A program made the position numbers and the translations under genes. Shown piece by piece: positions 61,937 to 64,000 of a DNA stretch of 64,000 bases (position 1 is its first letter; each line of letters opens with the position of its first letter). The notes under the pieces are model-generated. The model was not told the DNA's origin and did no database searches. It saw only the letters and a program-made list of their open reading frames with translations. Source of the stretch: an uncultured Gemmatimonadales bacterium (GTDB taxonomy: Bacteria; Gemmatimonadota; Gemmatimonadetes; Gemmatimonadales; GWC2-71-9); assembly GCA_963798915.1 (NCBI GenBank), contig CAWCVB010000001.1, positions 192,001 through 256,000 on the forward strand. Direction: 5' to 3'.

Positions 61937-64000
61937 TACGCCGGGACGGCAACCTCCTTCTCATTCTCCTCCGCCACTTTGGCGGTGACATCGGGCGGCG
62001 CCTCAGCGTACCCGTGGAAGGCCTGATGATGCGTGCCCCGGCCATGGGTGATCGAATGCAGTGTCGTTGAGTAGCGATAGAGCTCGGACTCAGGCACGAT
62101 CGCGCGCACCTTGATGAGCCGGCCGTCCTGCTCGGTGCCCAGAATCTGACCCCGGCGCGCCGAGAGATCCCCCATCACGTCGCCCAGTACATCGTCCGGC
62201 GACCACACCGTCAGATCCACCAGCGGCTCGAGCAGCACCGGCCGGCACTGCGGCGCCACGTTCCTGAAGCCGAGGATGCCTGCCATCTTGAACGACATTT
62301 CGTTCGAATCCACGTCGTGATAGGAGCCGTCGAAGCACTCGCAGGAAAAGTCCACCATCGGATACCCCGCCACTACGCCGCGCCGGGCGGATTCCTGGAC
62401 GCCGCGATCCACTGCCGGGATGTAGCGATTGGGAATCACGCCGCCCACGATCTTGTCCACGAATTCATAACCTGCCCCTCTGGGCCTCGGCGCCAGGCGA
62501 ATCCAGCAGTCGCCATACTGGCCCCGGCCGCCACTCTGCTTCTTGTGCTTGCCCTGTCCCTCGCCGCGCGCCTTGATGGTTTCACGGTACGCCACTCTGG
62601 GACGGGCCAGCTCGGCATGGACGCCGTACTTCCGCTCCAGCCGGCCGAGGATGGTCTCGAGGTGCCGCTCGCCCATGCCGTGGATCAGGGTCTGGCCCAA
62701 CTCCGAGCTGTATTCGAAATGGAAAGTCGGATCTTCTTCGTGAAGCTTGTGAAGTCCCGCCGCCAGCTTGTCTTCGTCACCGCGGGTCTTCACGGCCACG
62801 GCCGAGGTGGTGGTGGCTTCGGGGAACGGCGTGGGGGCGAGCCGTACCGGATGATCGCGGTGGCAGAAGGTGTCGTTGGTGTGCGTGTCGCGCAGCTTGG
62901 CCACCGTGCCGATATCACCGGCCGCCAGCTGGTCCACCTCGGTGCGGTCGCGCCCCTGCTGCAGCGACAGGTGGTTCAGCTTCTCGGCCACGTCGTGTTC
63001 GGCGTTCCAGACCTCGTCCCCGTTCTTCACGGTGCCGGTGTACAGGCGGAAGAAGCTGACGTCACCGACATGCGGCTCGGAAACGGTCTTGAACACATGA
63101 CCCAGGAGGGGTGGGCGGTCGGCACCCGCAGCGGCGTCCAGTCCCGGAATCGCCGCCTCAGCCGGCGTGGGGAGGAGTTCCACCATCTCGGTCAGTAGCG
63201 CGCGGGTGCCGTAGGTCAGCTCGCCGCTGCCGCAGAAGAGCGGAACGATCTCACCCGCCATCATGGCGCGCTTCATCACCGCGGTGATTTCCTCGCGCGG
63301 CAGGGTCTCGCCTGAGAGGTAACGCTCGATCAGCGCGTCGTCGGTGGCCGCGACCGCTTCGGTGAGCTGCTCGGTGTAGCGGGCTACCCGTTCGGCCGCC
63401 TCCGCCGGCACCTCCTGCTCATCGTATTCGCCGCTCCGGGTACCCTTCTGGTACTCGTGGCACTTGCCGGTGAAGAGGTTGACGATACCGTGGAAGTCCC
63501 GGCCGTCGCCCACCGGCACTTCCACCGGTACCACCTTGGGCGAGAGATGGTCCCGCACGTCCTCGAAGACGCTTTCGAAGTCGGCATGTTCCTTGTCCAT
63601 GGCCGAGACGAAGATGATCCTCGGCAGGTGCAGGCGATCACAGATCTCCCAGACCTTCTCGGTGCCCACCTCAACGCCGGCGCTGCCGGACAGCACCACC
63701 ACGGCGGCATCCGCGGCATAGAGCCCGCCCACCGCCTCGCCGAAATAGTCGAGGTAGCCGGGCGTATCAATCATGTTGATCTTGGTGTCCATCCACTCGG
63801 CGAAGGCAAGGCCAAGACTGATCGAATGCTGGCGCTCAATCTCGTCGGGGGAATAATCGGTGAGGGTGGTGCCATCCTTGATGGAACCGTGGCGGCGGCT
63901 GGAACCGGAAACGAACGCCAGGGCGTCCACGAGCGTGGTCTTGCCGCTGGCGCCGTGACCCACGAACGCCACGTTCCGGATGGCATCGGTGCCATAGACC
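61936..64000 (-). CDS. fusA: elongation factor G-like protein (EF-G2 type), start just beyond the window
   Basis: Motifs GHGASGKTT, DTPGY, GMGERHL, KKQSGGRGQYG and DGSYHDVDS. Switch I reads ERQHSI rather than ERGITI. Confidence 0.93.
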   Translation of the reverse strand, partial: VYGTDAIRNVAFVGHGASGKTTLVDALAFVSGSSRRHGSIKDGTTLTDYSPDEIERQHSISLGLAFAEWMDTKINMIDTPGYLDYFGEAVGGLYAADAAVVVLSGSAGVEVGTEKVWEICDRLHLPRIIFVSAMDKEHADFESVFEDVRDHLSPKVVPVEVPVGDGRDFHGIVNLFTGKCHEYQKGTRSGEYDEQEVPAEAAERVARYTEQLTEAVAATDDALIERYLSGETLPREEITAVMKRAMMAGEIVPLFCGSGELTYGTRALLTEMVELLPTPAEAAIPGLDAAAGADRPPLLGHVFKTVSEPHVGDVSFFRLYTGTVKNGDEVWNAEHDVAEKLNHLSLQQGRDRTEVDQLAAGDIGTVAKLRDTHTNDTFCHRDHPVRLAPTPFPEATTTSAVAVKTRGDEDKLAAGLHKLHEEDPTFHFEYSSELGQTLIHGMGERHLETILGRLERKYGVHAELARPRVAYRETIKARGEGQGKHKKQSGGRGQYGDCWIRLAPRPRGAGYEFVDKIVGGVIPNRYIPAVDRGVQESARRGVVAGYPMVDFSCECFDGSYHDVDSNEMSFKMAGILGFRNVAPQCRPVLLEPLVDLTVWSPDDVLGDVMGDLSARRGQILGTEQDGRLIKVRAIVPESELYRYSTTLHSITHGRGTHHQAFHGYAEAPPDVTAKVAEENEKEVAVPA

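Overview
This is a GC-rich bacterial chromosomal window. Gene content and intergenic repeat style suggest Gemmatimonadota, which is an inference. In order it holds: the end of a glycogen operon (glgE, glgX); a complete membrane-bound group 1 [NiFe]-hydrogenase operon with hypABFCDE and a tandem DUF2892-like gene; secreted or lipoprotein peptidases and Ig/beta-propeller proteins; selD; rnhA; a Ser/Thr kinase; a thiolase-SPFH-SPOR operon; an ECF sigma factor with a TPR kinase and an RCC1 lipoprotein; thyX interrupted by a 361-aa intein carrying an HTH and an HNH nuclease; an ATP-grasp/ATP-grasp/GNAT/KamA operon; a mirror-image signalling locus; and a partial EF-G2. The mirror-image locus (53176-61581) has back-to-back sigma54 promoters. 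Each arm carries a ZU5-like lipoprotein ending in (H/G)FS-R-(Y/F)-A-(V/I)-A-(W/Y), followed directly by a TPR protein. One TPR protein is fused to HD-GYP and lies upstream of a peptide-binding protein. This locus and the KamA/ATP-grasp operon are the best candidates for undescribed systems. No rRNA, tRNA, CRISPR array or transposase was recognised. Six single-base frameshifts in four otherwise intact genes suggest residual sequencing error. All family assignments come from motif recognition by eye; no searches were run.
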